Origin: Acutalibacteraceae bacterium
Lineage (GTDB): Bacteria; Bacillota; Clostridia; Oscillospirales; Acutalibacteraceae
Assembly (NCBI GenBank): GCA_045592625.1
Contig: JAZNVC010000001.1
Coordinates: forward strand, 136,825 to 200,824
DNA: 64,000 nucleotides
Direction of reading: 5' to 3'
This document shows positions 42,990-53,599 of the stretch, piece after piece (the first letter of the stretch is position 1; the number at the start of each line of letters is the position of its first letter). The position numbers and the translations under genes are program-made. The notes below the pieces were generated by a model. The model was not told where the DNA came from and did no database searches. It saw only the letters and a list, made by a program, of their open reading frames with translations.

Positions 42990-44028
42990 TAAGTTTTAGG
43001 TAACCGTTTTTAATAATTCCCATTTTTCGCATACCTTCGCTAAAGGCAAGAGAAACTACTGCAGGGAGTATAAAGTGCATTAAAGCAATTAAAAGCAAAG
43101 CCTTAAGGGACGAGGTTCCGCTTTCTACCATAGCGCCAAAGGCGGCGAACTGACCCACTAAACCTGCACTTCCCATACCTGAGCCGATGGGGGTGCTTAC
43201 CATTTTGAATAGGGCGGCAGAAACAGGACCTAAAATTGCACTTGAAAAAATTGAAGGCAACCATATTTGAGGATGGCGGACAATGTTGGGCATCTGAAGC
43301 ATAGATGTACCTACACCCTGTGCAATAAGACCGCCGAATTTGTTTTCTCTATAGCTTATAACGGCAAAGCCTACCATATTACAGCAACAGCCTATGGTGG
43401 CGGCACCGGCGGCAAGACCGCTTAGTCCCATAGAAACACCTATGGCGGCACTTGAAATGGGAAGGGTTAAGAAAATACCCATAACTACCGAAACTATCAT
43501 ACCGCCGATTACGGGGTATTTATCAACGTTAACGTTTACAAGATTACCAAGCCACTTCATAGCATAAGAAATGTAGGGGCCGATAAGGAAAGCGGCAAGG
43601 CTTCCTGCAACTATACAGCAAAGAGGAGTAAGTATAATATCAACCTTTGTTTTTCCTGAAACAAGAGCACCTATTTCAACGGCTATATAAGCGGCTATAA
43701 ATGCACCCAAGGGTTCACCGGGAGAACCAAAAGCAAATTTACCTGCCTCTATAATAGGGAAGGCACCCACCATACCGCAAACAGCAGCAGAAACGGCGGT
43801 TAAGGGAGAAGACTTCAATTTAGCAGCTACACCAACGCCTATACCTGCACCTGTAATGGTTTTTGCAAAGCTGGCGACATAGGTAAGGTATGTACCGATA
43901 ACACCCGGAATAAATGAGGCTATCTGTCCTAAAATAGTGCCAATAATAAGGGTGGCGAAAAGACCGAGAGCCATACCCGAAAGTCCGTCAATAAATATAC
44001 GATTAAATATTTTTTTCATTTCCTTCAC
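42976..44028 (-). CDS. PTS EIIC-like membrane protein (PfoR/COG3641-like)
   Basis: 350 aa, Gly-rich and polytopic. The N-terminus IDGLSGMALGLFATLIIGTILGQI matches that family from memory. Confidence 0.55.
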   Translation of the reverse strand: MKEMKKIFNRIFIDGLSGMALGLFATLIIGTILGQIASFIPGVIGTYLTYVASFAKTITGAGIGVGVAAKLKSSPLTAVSAAVCGMVGAFPIIEAGKFAFGSPGEPLGAFIAAYIAVEIGALVSGKTKVDIILTPLCCIVAGSLAAFLIGPYISYAMKWLGNLVNVNVDKYPVIGGMIVSVVMGIFLTLPISSAAIGVSMGLSGLAAGAATIGCCCNMVGFAVISYRENKFGGLIAQGVGTSMLQMPNIVRHPQIWLPSIFSSAILGPVSAALFKMVSTPIGSGMGSAGLVGQFAAFGAMVESGTSSLKALLLIALMHFILPAVVSLAFSEGMRKMGIIKNGYLKLNAND

Positions 44029-44113
44029 TCCTGTGAGACTTTAAATTTCTAAAAAATGGAATTATTCCATTATATACCTTTCTATTATACTACTATTATA
44101 CATAAATAGTCAA

Positions 44114-44143
44114 TATAAAAAGCACAGAGTGTCTCTGTGCTTT
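44114..44143 (-). terminator. spoIIE terminator
   Basis: agcacagag-tgt-ctctgtgct, with a T-run on the minus strand. Confidence 0.7.
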
Positions 44144-44182
44144 AATAAATTTATATTTCGCCAATGTGCCAAATAAAAATTT

Positions 44183-46510
44183 TCAGGCAGTTTTTAAAAT
44201 GGCGGCAATTACGGTTATATCATCCTCTTTTTTGTCTGTGCGTCTGCGTCTTGCACACTTGGAAATTCTTTCAGCCAGAGCTTGTGCACTTCCGTCATCC
44301 CAGCTCTCTATTTCGGCACTTATCCAATCGGTGCCCTCACTTGCCGCACCGTCGGACATCATAAGAACAATATCGCCTTTTTTTATGGTTATTACGGCTT
44401 TGTCAAAGGTTACTCCACGCAAAATTCCGGCAGGAAGCGAGGTGCTTTGAGCCTTTCCTGCTCTGCCCGAACGACGAATTATTGTAGGAGCTGCACCTGC
44501 CTTTAAAAGCTTGGTTTTTCCTGTGAAAAGGTCAATTTCTGCTATATCGAGTGTAGCAAGAGATTCGTCGGTTGATTTAAAGAGCATTGAAGAATTAAGA
44601 ATTTTAAGGGCTGCATCAAAATCAAATCCTGCCTTTAAAAGTCGGCTCATAAGACCGCTTGCCATAGCACCGTCAACCGCTGCTCTGCCTCCTGTTCCCA
44701 TACCGTCAGACAGAATTATAATAAGTTTGCCTTTTCCGTCAAAAAAATATTCATAGGAATCTCCGCAAAGGACATTGCCACCGCTGCCTATCTGATTTAC
44801 GCCTATGTCGGCAGTAAGGAAGGCGTGTTCACTTGCAGTAATGTAAGCATTCCCTGCTGAAAATGTAATAAGAGGCGGGTCAAAATCACGGTCACAGGCT
44901 ATGCATAATGCCTTCATAATGTCGGCACGGTTAAGCACTATATCCTTCGCATTTTTTATACATATATCTACCGTCAGGTGTTCATCCTTGTCAACTCGCA
45001 CACCGCACTCATCTACTACAATATCTATATTTTTAAGTGTTGATGCTATGCGGGATGCTATTGCAGTATCATATTTTTGGTCATTATCAAATTCTTTTGA
45101 AAGGGAAGAAAGCATTTCGGATATGCCTAAAAACTGGTCGGTAACAACGCTTCTGACCTCTTCAATACGCTTTTCGGCAGAAATAGCAAGAGCATATTCG
45201 CTGTAGTGTTTATAAACAGCACTGCCCATTCGGGAACATCTCATACATCTGCCCTTAAATTCTTCGTCGCAAAATCTTTCAACACCGCTTTCTCCGTTTT
45301 TTACCGCCTTGGTCATAGCCATTATGGCGGCAAGAGTCTGGTCATATTTGGTTTCCCAACAAAATATCTGCATCGAACAACCCTTACAGGCATCTCCTTC
45401 AATTTTTGTCAGCACCTTTTTAAAGTCCGGACAGTTTATTTTTGAAAGCTGACTTGATACGTTTTCAACCGTTGCAGATACGTCTTTTAGTGCATTCCCT
45501 GCAAGATTAAGCCTCATTGTAAGGGCTTTTTTCAGTCCTTCGGGACGTATCACCGTAACCGAGCGGGCAAAATACTTTGAAAAGCGTCGAAGAACGGTTT
45601 TAGGGGTTAGAATATAAATTCCGCAGCCGATAACCGCTTCAATAATCACTGCAAAACTCTCGGCGGTAAATCCGCCCGTAAGAGCACCTATAACAGAGGC
45701 ACTGATAAAGGAACAGCAAATTGCAAATTTTCCCATATCGGCAAAAATCCCTGCCATAAGACCGCCAAAGCTTAGCATTACTGTAACACAGGTGGGTGCC
45801 CCTGCCAAAGCAGATGAAAGTGCCGCCGCAACACCGAATATTGCACCGGTTCCTGCTCCTGCCTGACGGGATGCAAGCAGTATCAGAAAAATGAAAACAA
45901 TTCTACCTACAGATAAATCGCCTATAGTAAATCCCGTAAGCCCCGTAAGCACTACCGATATACATATTACCGCACTGGCGGACTGCTCGGAGGAAAGTCC
46001 GGATTTGCATTTTAAAAGGGCAGAGGTACCGCTGTGTAAAAAGTATGCAACACCACCTGCTAAGAGGGATTCTATAAGGGCAAAGGGAACACCGCCGCTA
46101 AGACCTTTAAGAGTGGAGACTCCTGTAAAAAATGAAGAAAGAAAGGCAATGAAACCGCAAAAAATCGGTTTTTCTCGTGTAAATTTGATTTTAGAGGTTA
46201 AAAGTATTATGGCGGCAACGGTAAGGACAGCGGCAATGTACCTGAAACCGCCCTCCTCGGTGGCGGGAAATATGTAACCTATTATAGCTCCTAACGCTGC
46301 TGACGGCATATAGCTTATGGGACTTGCCGCGGCGGCAGAAACACCAAAGGGTAAATATTTGCCTAAAATGTCGGCTCGGCTGCACAAAAAGGATGAAACA
46401 AAAAATATTAAATGTATTAAAACTTCGTTTAACAGTTCTCTGCCAGTTAGTTTTGTCCGTTCCTTTATGGCGGCAATTTTTCTCTTTATTAATGCTGTGT
46501 TTTCCTTCAT
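44183..46510 (-). CDS. spoIIE: Stage II sporulation protein E (membrane PP2C phosphatase)
   Basis: I chose the start MKENTALIKRK (RBS AAGGAG). About 10 N-terminal TM segments, then a C-terminal PP2C domain (GD.Y, LSDGMGTG, SDG). Confidence 0.88.
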   Translation of the reverse strand: MKENTALIKRKIAAIKERTKLTGRELLNEVLIHLIFFVSSFLCSRADILGKYLPFGVSAAAASPISYMPSAALGAIIGYIFPATEEGGFRYIAAVLTVAAIILLTSKIKFTREKPIFCGFIAFLSSFFTGVSTLKGLSGGVPFALIESLLAGGVAYFLHSGTSALLKCKSGLSSEQSASAVICISVVLTGLTGFTIGDLSVGRIVFIFLILLASRQAGAGTGAIFGVAAALSSALAGAPTCVTVMLSFGGLMAGIFADMGKFAICCSFISASVIGALTGGFTAESFAVIIEAVIGCGIYILTPKTVLRRFSKYFARSVTVIRPEGLKKALTMRLNLAGNALKDVSATVENVSSQLSKINCPDFKKVLTKIEGDACKGCSMQIFCWETKYDQTLAAIMAMTKAVKNGESGVERFCDEEFKGRCMRCSRMGSAVYKHYSEYALAISAEKRIEEVRSVVTDQFLGISEMLSSLSKEFDNDQKYDTAIASRIASTLKNIDIVVDECGVRVDKDEHLTVDICIKNAKDIVLNRADIMKALCIACDRDFDPPLITFSAGNAYITASEHAFLTADIGVNQIGSGGNVLCGDSYEYFFDGKGKLIIILSDGMGTGGRAAVDGAMASGLMSRLLKAGFDFDAALKILNSSMLFKSTDESLATLDIAEIDLFTGKTKLLKAGAAPTIIRRSGRAGKAQSTSLPAGILRGVTFDKAVITIKKGDIVLMMSDGAASEGTDWISAEIESWDDGSAQALAERISKCARRRRTDKKEDDITVIAAILKTA

Positions 46511-46753
46511 CTTTAAGACTCCTTGACTATTTTTTTCCACAAGATATTATATCGCAATGTTTTTAAAAAAATTGTCACAATAGAAAGGGCGGAAATTAAC
46601 AATTTTTGGGTTTCTTGAAGGAATTAAACGGAAATAAAAGGGAAATGGTAAAAAGAAGTGTTTATTAAACCGCCCCCCGCATTAAATTGTTGCATTTAAA
46701 AATATTATATGTTAAAATAAAATGTAATTTTATGTAGCAAAGGGCGTGAAAAG

Positions 46754-48115
46754 TTGGCGGAGAGAACCATAGCGGCAATAGCAACCCCTCTGGGTGAGGG
46801 CGGAATAGGAATTGTTCGTATTTCGGGCGAAAAATCAAGCGAAATTGCCGATAAAATATTTTTTAGTGCTTCGGGCAAAAAAATAAGTGAAATAAAAGGC
46901 TATACCGCCCTTTTCGGAGAAATAAGAAAAGACGGAGCAAGACTTGACGAGGCGGTTGCTTTGCGTTTTGTTGCACCTAAAAGCTATACGGGTGAGGATG
47001 TTGTTGAACTTTCGGTTCACGGCGGATCCCTTATGGTTAAAGAGGTGCTTCGTGCTGTGCTTGAGGCAGGTGCCGTTCTTGCGGGTCCGGGTGAATTTAC
47101 AAAACGTGCCTTTTTAAACGGAAAACTGGACCTTGTAAAAGCGGAAAGCGTTATGAGTCTTATTTCGGCTCAAAATATGAGTGAATTAAAACTCGCAAGA
47201 AGCGTTCACGCAGGTGGGGTGGCAACCAAACTCTCCTTAATAGAAAAAGAACTGGTGAGCAGTGCTGCAACAATAGCCGCATATTGTGACTATCCCGAAG
47301 AGGATATAGGTGAAATAGATACCAATACATTTAAAAAGGAACTTCAAAGGGTTAGGTCGGCTCTTGAAAAAATGCTCAGCGAATATGACGTGGGCAGAAT
47401 TTTAAGGGAAGGTATCCAAACGGTAATAGTGGGCAGCCCCAACGTTGGTAAATCAACCCTTATGAATCTGCTGACAGGTATTAACCGTTCTATAGTGACT
47501 TCGGTTGCAGGAACAACACGAGACGTTATTGAAGATACCGTAATGCTTGGCGAAATTCCTCTAAGACTTGCTGATACGGCAGGAATAAGAGAAAGCAGTG
47601 ACGAGGTTGAAGCTCAGGGCATTGCCCTTGCAAGAGAAAGACTGAGCAGCAGTCAGCTTGTTCTGGCGGTATTTGACTCTTCTAAGGAAATTACCAAAGA
47701 GGATATAAATCTTCTTGATGAGTGTAAAGATAAACCCCTTATAGTAATTCTTAATCAATGTGATAAAGGCTGTAAATTCAGCCAAGATTTTGCAAAAGGG
47801 ATTGAAACTGTACGAATGTCGGCAAAAAACGGTGAGGGGTACGAGGATTTGGCTTCTGCTGTTGCACGTGTTACAAAAACAGAAAATTTAAGTCCCGACA
47901 GTGCGGTACTCATAAGCGAAAGACAGCGTGATTTAGCAAACAGAGCCTATATTTCGGTTAACGAGGCTTTGTCGGCTATAGAAAACGGTGTCACACCCGA
48001 TGCAATAGGCGTTTTGGTGGACGATGCTTTAACTGCTCTTTATGAAATGACAGGAAAAAGGGTTACAGAATCGGTTACCGAAGAAATATTTAAAAAATTC
48101 TGTGTAGGCAAATAG
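46754..48115 (+). CDS. mnmE: tRNA modification GTPase MnmE
   Basis: Motifs TIAAIATP.GEGGIGIVRISG, G1 GSPNVGKST, DTAG and the C-terminal FCVGK. TTG start. Confidence 0.93.
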   Translation: MAERTIAAIATPLGEGGIGIVRISGEKSSEIADKIFFSASGKKISEIKGYTALFGEIRKDGARLDEAVALRFVAPKSYTGEDVVELSVHGGSLMVKEVLRAVLEAGAVLAGPGEFTKRAFLNGKLDLVKAESVMSLISAQNMSELKLARSVHAGGVATKLSLIEKELVSSAATIAAYCDYPEEDIGEIDTNTFKKELQRVRSALEKMLSEYDVGRILREGIQTVIVGSPNVGKSTLMNLLTGINRSIVTSVAGTTRDVIEDTVMLGEIPLRLADTAGIRESSDEVEAQGIALARERLSSSQLVLAVFDSSKEITKEDINLLDECKDKPLIVILNQCDKGCKFSQDFAKGIETVRMSAKNGEGYEDLASAVARVTKTENLSPDSAVLISERQRDLANRAYISVNEALSAIENGVTPDAIGVLVDDALTALYEMTGKRVTESVTEEIFKKFCVGK

Positions 48116-48243
48116 GATTAATAAAAACCCATTTGCACCTACTTTAATCAATAAAGAATATTAACCCAAAAGGTTAAAAATTCAGACTGCTTTTTTATAA
48201 GTATGAGTATAAAACAGAAAAGGATTTTTAAAAGTAAGAAACG

Positions 48244-50130
48244 ATGATAACATATAATGCAGAAAATTATGACGTTGCTGTTATAGGCGGAGGTCATGCA
48301 GGTGTTGAAGCCGCTCTTAGTAGTGCAAGATTAGGGGTTAAAACGGTTATGTTTTCGGTTACTCTTGACTGGATAGGCAATTTGCCCTGCAATCCTTCAA
48401 TCGGCGGAACGGCTAAAGGACATCTTGTCAGAGAGTTAGACGCTTTGGGCGGCGAAATGGGTAAAGCGGCAGATAAAAACACCATTCAAAGCCGTATGCT
48501 TAACAGGGGAAAGGGCCCCGCTGTCCACTCACTGAGGGTGCAAATAGACAGAAGAAATTATTCTGCCTATATGAAACACGCTATCGAAAAACAGGAAAAT
48601 CTTGACGTAAAACAGGCTGAGATTATTGACCTTTGCCGAAATGGTGAAAACTGGGAAGTTACCACAAAACTTGGTGCAAAATATACCGTAAAGGCGGTTA
48701 TTCTTGCAACGGGAACCTTTCTGGGCGGTAAAATATATGTAGGCGAAGTAAATTACAGCAGCGGTCCCGACGGACTTGCCCCCTCTCTGCCCTTAGCAGA
48801 GTCGCTTAAAAGGTTAGGACTTCCTCTGCGACGCTTTAAAACGGGTACTCCTGCAAGGGTTGACAGAGCAAGTATTGACTTCAGTCAGCTTGAAATACAG
48901 TACGGTGACAGCGAAATTACCCCCTTTAGTTTTTCTACCGACCCAAAGACAATAAATAATACGGCTGTTTGCCATATTGCTTATACAAACAGCGAAACCG
49001 AGCGTGTAATACGGGAAAATCTTGACCGTTCGCCTCTTTATGCGGGGAAAATCGAGGGTGTAGGCCCCCGTTATTGCCCAAGTATCGAGGATAAGATAGT
49101 GCGTTTTGCCGATAAAAAGCGTCATCTGTTGTTTATTGAGCCTTGCGGGCAAGAAACCGAAGAACTTTATCTTCAGGGAATGTCCTCCTCTCTTCCCGAA
49201 GAGGTGCAAATTAAGTTTTATAAGACCATAAAGGGCTTTGAAAACATTAAAATAATGAGAAACGCTTATGCTATAGAATATGACTGTATCGACCCCTTGT
49301 GCCTTTCCTATACCCTTGAAATTAAAGGGCTTGAGGGACTTTACGGAGCAGGTCAGTTCAACGGTTCTTCTGGCTACGAGGAAGCGGCTGTGCAGGGCTT
49401 TGTTGCAGGGGTTAATGCGGCACTTAAAATAAAGGGAGAAGAGCCTGTTACCTTTTCCCGTACCGAAAGCTATATAGGAACGTTGATTGACGACCTTGTT
49501 ACAAAGGGCTGTTCAGACCCTTATCGAATGATGACAAGCCGCAGCGAATATAGACTGCTTCTTCGTCAGGATAATGCCGACGAAAGACTAATGCCAATAG
49601 GCAGAAAATTAGGTCTTATAAACGATACCGAATGGGAAAACTTTTTAACAAGAAAAGAGCAGAAGGAAAAGGAAATAGAGCGTCTTAAAAGCACTACTAT
49701 TGCCCCCAATGCCGCCCTTAATGAATATTTAGAGAGTGTGGGCACCGCACCTATGACAACGGGGCTTAAACTCAGTGAACTTATTAAAAGACCGCAGGTT
49801 ACTTATGACGCTCTTGCACCTTTTGACAGTGAAAGACCAAGTCTTGCCATTGCGGTTAGAGAAAAAATTGAAACCGAAATAAAGTATGAAGGCTATATTG
49901 CCCGTCAGAAATCTGCCGTAGATGAAATGTTAAGGCTGGAAAAAAAGAAAATTCCCCAGAATATTGATTACTCTCTTGTGGGCTCTCTCCGTCTTGAAGC
50001 GGTGGAAAAGCTTAATAAGGTGCGTCCCAAAAGCATTGGACAGGCATCCCGTATTTCAGGGGTAAGTCCTGCCGATTTATCGGTGCTTATAGTATATCTT
50101 GAAAAAAATAAAAGCGGAGAAAATTTATGA
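48244..50130 (+). CDS. mnmG: tRNA uridine-5-carboxymethylaminomethyl synthesis enzyme MnmG
   Basis: 628 aa. FAD motif YDVAVIGGGHAG, plus the GPRYCPSIEDK motif. Confidence 0.95.
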   Translation: MITYNAENYDVAVIGGGHAGVEAALSSARLGVKTVMFSVTLDWIGNLPCNPSIGGTAKGHLVRELDALGGEMGKAADKNTIQSRMLNRGKGPAVHSLRVQIDRRNYSAYMKHAIEKQENLDVKQAEIIDLCRNGENWEVTTKLGAKYTVKAVILATGTFLGGKIYVGEVNYSSGPDGLAPSLPLAESLKRLGLPLRRFKTGTPARVDRASIDFSQLEIQYGDSEITPFSFSTDPKTINNTAVCHIAYTNSETERVIRENLDRSPLYAGKIEGVGPRYCPSIEDKIVRFADKKRHLLFIEPCGQETEELYLQGMSSSLPEEVQIKFYKTIKGFENIKIMRNAYAIEYDCIDPLCLSYTLEIKGLEGLYGAGQFNGSSGYEEAAVQGFVAGVNAALKIKGEEPVTFSRTESYIGTLIDDLVTKGCSDPYRMMTSRSEYRLLLRQDNADERLMPIGRKLGLINDTEWENFLTRKEQKEKEIERLKSTTIAPNAALNEYLESVGTAPMTTGLKLSELIKRPQVTYDALAPFDSERPSLAIAVREKIETEIKYEGYIARQKSAVDEMLRLEKKKIPQNIDYSLVGSLRLEAVEKLNKVRPKSIGQASRISGVSPADLSVLIVYLEKNKSGENL

Positions 50131-50843
50131 TAGATTTTCCTATTGAAACGATTTTGCCCGAAGCTGAAAAATTCGGCATAAATCTTACCGAAAAACAGAT
50201 AACAAATCTTAATACCTACGCAAATCTGCTGGTTAACTGGAATGAAAAGATGAACCTTACTGCCATAACAGAGCCTGAAGAGGTGGTGTGGAAACATTTT
50301 TACGACTGTATGCTGTTTTTTAAATACGTTAATCTTCCCCGTAATGCAAAAATAATCGACGTGGGAACAGGTGCGGGTTTTCCGGGTATGGTACTGAAAA
50401 TAGTTCGCGAGGATATTGATTTAACCCTGCTTGACGGACTTAATAAACGCCTTGTATTTTTAAAGGAAGTGCTTGACAGTTTAGGACTTAGTGCAAATAT
50501 AGTCCATTTAAGAGCAGAAGAAGGCGGAAAAAAAGAGGAACTCAGAGAGCAGTATGACTTTGCGGTAGCAAGGGCTGTTGCAAATATGAATTTGCTTAGT
50601 GAATATTGTCTGCCTTATGTAAAAAAAGGCGGCAGCTTTGTGGCACTTAAGGGTCCCACAGGGAAGGAAGAAGCAAAGAAAGCCCAAAAAGCAATAGGCA
50701 TTTTAGGCGGCGGAGCAGCTCAGGTTATAGATTTCTCCCACGAAAAACTTGGCGGAAGAAGTATTGTAAAGGTTGAAAAAAAGACGGATACTCCGCCAAA
50801 ATACCCACGCCCCAGTGCAAAAATTTCAAAACAACCATTATAA
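50127..50843 (+). CDS. rsmG: 16S rRNA (guanine527-N7)-methyltransferase
   Basis: 238 aa. SAM motif DVGTGAGFPG. It follows mnmG with an overlapping stop and start. Confidence 0.9.
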   Translation: MIDFPIETILPEAEKFGINLTEKQITNLNTYANLLVNWNEKMNLTAITEPEEVVWKHFYDCMLFFKYVNLPRNAKIIDVGTGAGFPGMVLKIVREDIDLTLLDGLNKRLVFLKEVLDSLGLSANIVHLRAEEGGKKEELREQYDFAVARAVANMNLLSEYCLPYVKKGGSFVALKGPTGKEEAKKAQKAIGILGGGAAQVIDFSHEKLGGRSIVKVEKKTDTPPKYPRPSAKISKQPL

Positions 50844-50869
50844 AAGATGCCTCGACGGCATCTTTTTTT
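50843..50869 (+). terminator. Terminator after rsmG
   Basis: aagatgcc-tcga-cggcatctt followed by a T-run. Confidence 0.75.
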
Positions 50870-50987
50870 ATGAAAAATATCGCAAAGTTTTTCAGGGTTT
50901 TGCTTATTGTGACAAATGTTACGTCGGCTTATAAAAAAAGGACTAAAAAGGGGAGAAAACAGGGCTTTTTTTGTCGATGTGTTTTTC

Positions 50988-51016
50988 TTGAAAAGATAAA
51001 AAATATATGGTACTAT
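50988..51016 (+). promoter_or_regulatory. Promoter of the parB/noc-like gene
   Basis: TTGAAA, 17 nt, TACTAT. Confidence 0.45.
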
Positions 51017-51052
51017 CTTTTTGCCGAAGGGGTTTCGGCAGGAGGTATAAAA

Positions 51053-51760
51053 GTGAGTAAGGCTTCGTTTAAACGGCTAATTTTTTTAAATCCGTCTGAA
51101 ATAATACCCCCAAGAGAAGCAAGAAAAGATTATGACCGTTATAAACTCTTTCTTTTATCGGAAAGTATAAGAGAAAACGGATTGCTGATACCTGTGGCGG
51201 TACGGGAAACCTATGACGGATATGAGGTAATAAGCGGTGAAAAGCGAATAAAAGCCTGCATTATTGCGGGAATTCCCAAAATTCCTTGTATCGTGACCGA
51301 TTTTTTCGATGCTCAGCTTTACAGAGCGACCGAAGAAAATTTAGGACAGGAAATTTCTTTAACAGAAGAAGCAGACAGGCTTAATGAACTGTGTAAAAAA
51401 CATTCCATTTCCACAGTAGCACGTACCCTATCCTTTACTACGGGAGAACTGGAGAAAATCGTAAAGTCTGCTGCAAAACTTAATGAGGCAAAACCCGAAA
51501 GGGAAGAAAACACCGATTTAAGTGAAAAGGTGGAAATGGCGGACAGGCTGCCTATAAAACCATCTGTTAAAGAGAGCGAAAAACGGCTTCCGCCCATAAA
51601 GGATACCCGATTTTTTCTCAACAGCGTAAAGCAGCTTACCGAAAGTGTAAGAGATGCAGGAATCCGCATTAATTACCGCCAAAAAGATACCGAAAACAGC
51701 CTTGAAATCCGCATAAAAATAGATAAGGATTCGGTTTTTAGCCAAATGTCGCTTTTATAA
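51053..51760 (+). CDS. ParB/Noc-family DNA-binding protein
   Basis: I prefer the GTG at 51053 (RBS AGGAGG 8 nt upstream). The 50870 start in the ORF track would overlap the rsmG terminator. ParB boxes are GLLIPVAVRE and GEKRIKA. Confidence 0.75.
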   Translation: MSKASFKRLIFLNPSEIIPPREARKDYDRYKLFLLSESIRENGLLIPVAVRETYDGYEVISGEKRIKACIIAGIPKIPCIVTDFFDAQLYRATEENLGQEISLTEEADRLNELCKKHSISTVARTLSFTTGELEKIVKSAAKLNEAKPEREENTDLSEKVEMADRLPIKPSVKESEKRLPPIKDTRFFLNSVKQLTESVRDAGIRINYRQKDTENSLEIRIKIDKDSVFSQMSLL

Positions 51761-51802
51761 ACTCTACATTTATTTTGCCCCTATTCATCCCTATCCCCTT
51801 TT

Positions 51803-51842
51803 TAAACAGACAACGCCGCAGAAATGCGGCGTTGTCTGTTTA
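51803..51842. terminator. Bidirectional terminator between parB-like and hpt
   Basis: aaacagacaacgccgca-gaaa-tgcggcgttgtctgttt. Confidence 0.85.
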
Positions 51843-51864
51843 TATAACTTTTATGTTTTTTGTA

Positions 51865-52419
51865 CTATTCTTGGCTATACTCTGCTATGTAGGGGAGGTT
51901 TCTGTAATACTCACCGCAGTCAAGACCATAACCAATAACGAAGCGGTCTTCTATAGTGAAAAGAGAAAGGTCGGCAGTAAAATCCACCACACGTCTGCTG
52001 GGCTTATCCAGCAATGTCACAACCCTTAGAGAAATGGGATTTCTCGCCTTTAAGAGCTTGTAAATATCCTTAAGGGTTCTTCCGGTATCAATAATATCTT
52101 CAACAATAATAACATTATAGTTGCTAACATCTTGCTCAAGGTCCATTGTTATTTGAACAACACCGGAGGAGGAGATACCTGCATAATAACTTTTAGCACA
52201 CATAAATCCTATCTCACAGGGTACGCTTACAGCACGGCAAAGGTCTGCCATAAATACAAATGCGCCCTTGAGTACGCTGACTAGAAGAATAGGTCTGCCG
52301 TCATAGAAAGAATCAATAACCTTTCCCGCTTTTTTGATAGCCTCTTTTATTTGGTTTTCGGTTATAAGTATGCCTTTAATTCTGCTTTCATAATCCTTGA
52401 TATCATTTAATTCTTTCAT
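51865..52419 (-). CDS. hpt: Hypoxanthine phosphoribosyltransferase
   Basis: 184 aa. PRPP motif VIIVEDIIDTGRT. Confidence 0.92.
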   Translation of the reverse strand: MKELNDIKDYESRIKGILITENQIKEAIKKAGKVIDSFYDGRPILLVSVLKGAFVFMADLCRAVSVPCEIGFMCAKSYYAGISSSGVVQITMDLEQDVSNYNVIIVEDIIDTGRTLKDIYKLLKARNPISLRVVTLLDKPSRRVVDFTADLSLFTIEDRFVIGYGLDCGEYYRNLPYIAEYSQE

Positions 52420-52431
52420 AGTTTTTCTCCT

Positions 52432-53439
52432 CTATAAAAGTTCTATGCCGTGGCTAAGACACTCTTTAATCATATCTTCACTCCAGAAGGAAGATTGCAC
52501 CTCTCCGATGTGTGCTTTTTTAAGGAAGAACATACACATTCTTGACTGACCGATACCTCCGCCGATTGTGTAGGGGAGTTTGCCCTCCAAAAGTGCTTTA
52601 TGGAAGGGAAGTTCTTTTCTTTCAAGCACTCCTCTTATCTGAAGCTGTCTTAAAAGGGCTTCTTCGTCAACCCGTATGCCCATAGAGGAAAGCTCAAGAG
52701 CTATATCCAAAACAGGATAATAAACGATAATGTCGCCGTTTAAGTTCCAGTCGTCATAGTCGGGGGCTCTGCCGTCGTGCTTTTCACCGTTTTTAAGTGC
52801 ACCGCCTATTTGCATAATAAATACTGCACCGTACTCCTTTGCAATAGCCTTTTCACGCTCTTTTGCAGTAAGGGTGGGGTATTTATCATAAAGCTCCTGT
52901 GTGGTTATAAAGAAAATTTCGTCGGGTAAAAAGCGGTTTATAAAATCATATTCCTCTGCAATATAGGTTTCGGTATGCTTAAGTGCCGCATATACCGCAC
53001 GAACGTTTTCCTTTAGTACCTCAATGTTTCGGTCGCTTTTATCAATAACCTTTTCCCAGTCCCATTGGTCAACAAAAACCGAGTGAATATTGTCAAGGTC
53101 CTCGTCACGACGTATAGCATTCATATCGGTGTAAAGACCTTCACCCCGTTCAAAACCGTAACGGGAAAGAGCGTCACGCTTCCACTTTGCAAGGGAGTGG
53201 ACAATTTCCATTGTGTGTCCGGTATCCTTTATGTCAAAGGATACAGCCCTTTCGGTGCCGTTAAGGGTATCGTTCATACCGCTGTCCTTATCAACAAAAA
53301 GGGGGGCGGAAACGCGAATAAGACCAAGCTCAATAGCAAGGTCGCGTTCAAAAAAATCTTTAACCTTTTTAATTGCCACTTCTGTTTGTCGAAGGGTAAG
53401 CAGTGATTTATAATCTTTAGGAATAATCAAATTGTGCAC
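52432..53439 (-). CDS. asnA: Aspartate--ammonia ligase
   Basis: I prefer the GTG start at 53439 (RBS GAGGT). AsnA motifs include [25 protein letters not shown] and GGGIGQSR. Confidence 0.88.
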   Translation of the reverse strand: MHNLIIPKDYKSLLTLRQTEVAIKKVKDFFERDLAIELGLIRVSAPLFVDKDSGMNDTLNGTERAVSFDIKDTGHTMEIVHSLAKWKRDALSRYGFERGEGLYTDMNAIRRDEDLDNIHSVFVDQWDWEKVIDKSDRNIEVLKENVRAVYAALKHTETYIAEEYDFINRFLPDEIFFITTQELYDKYPTLTAKEREKAIAKEYGAVFIMQIGGALKNGEKHDGRAPDYDDWNLNGDIIVYYPVLDIALELSSMGIRVDEEALLRQLQIRGVLERKELPFHKALLEGKLPYTIGGGIGQSRMCMFFLKKAHIGEVQSSFWSEDMIKECLSHGIELL

Positions 53440-53470
53440 AAAGATTACCTCATTCTTTAAAATATGTATT

Positions 53471-53499
53471 ATTATCCCACAAAACAATGGGTTTTTCAA
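53471..53499 (-). promoter_or_regulatory. asnA promoter
   Basis: The minus strand reads TTGAAA, 17 nt, TGgGATAAT. Confidence 0.5.
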
Positions 53500-53549
53500 C
53501 TGTTTTTTCCATTAAATTGAACAAATATTAATTTTTTGTAAATTTATAG

Positions 53550-53578
53550 TTGCAAATTGCCGCTTCCTGTAATATAAT
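53550..53578 (+). promoter_or_regulatory. Promoter of the glycine-riboswitch/symporter transcript
   Basis: TTGCAA, 17 nt, TATAAT. Confidence 0.6.
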
Positions 53579-53599
53579 GTGTAGGTAAAATTTAATGTC

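Noticed and set aside
44164-46566. Numerous 64-128 aa plus-strand ORFs opposite spoIIE.
   Set aside because: They are antisense artefacts of a GC-skewed membrane-protein gene, with no RBS or recognisable motifs.
51775-52029. An 84-aa plus-strand ORF after the parB-like gene.
   Set aside because: It spans the bidirectional terminator and runs antisense into hpt, so I judge it spurious.
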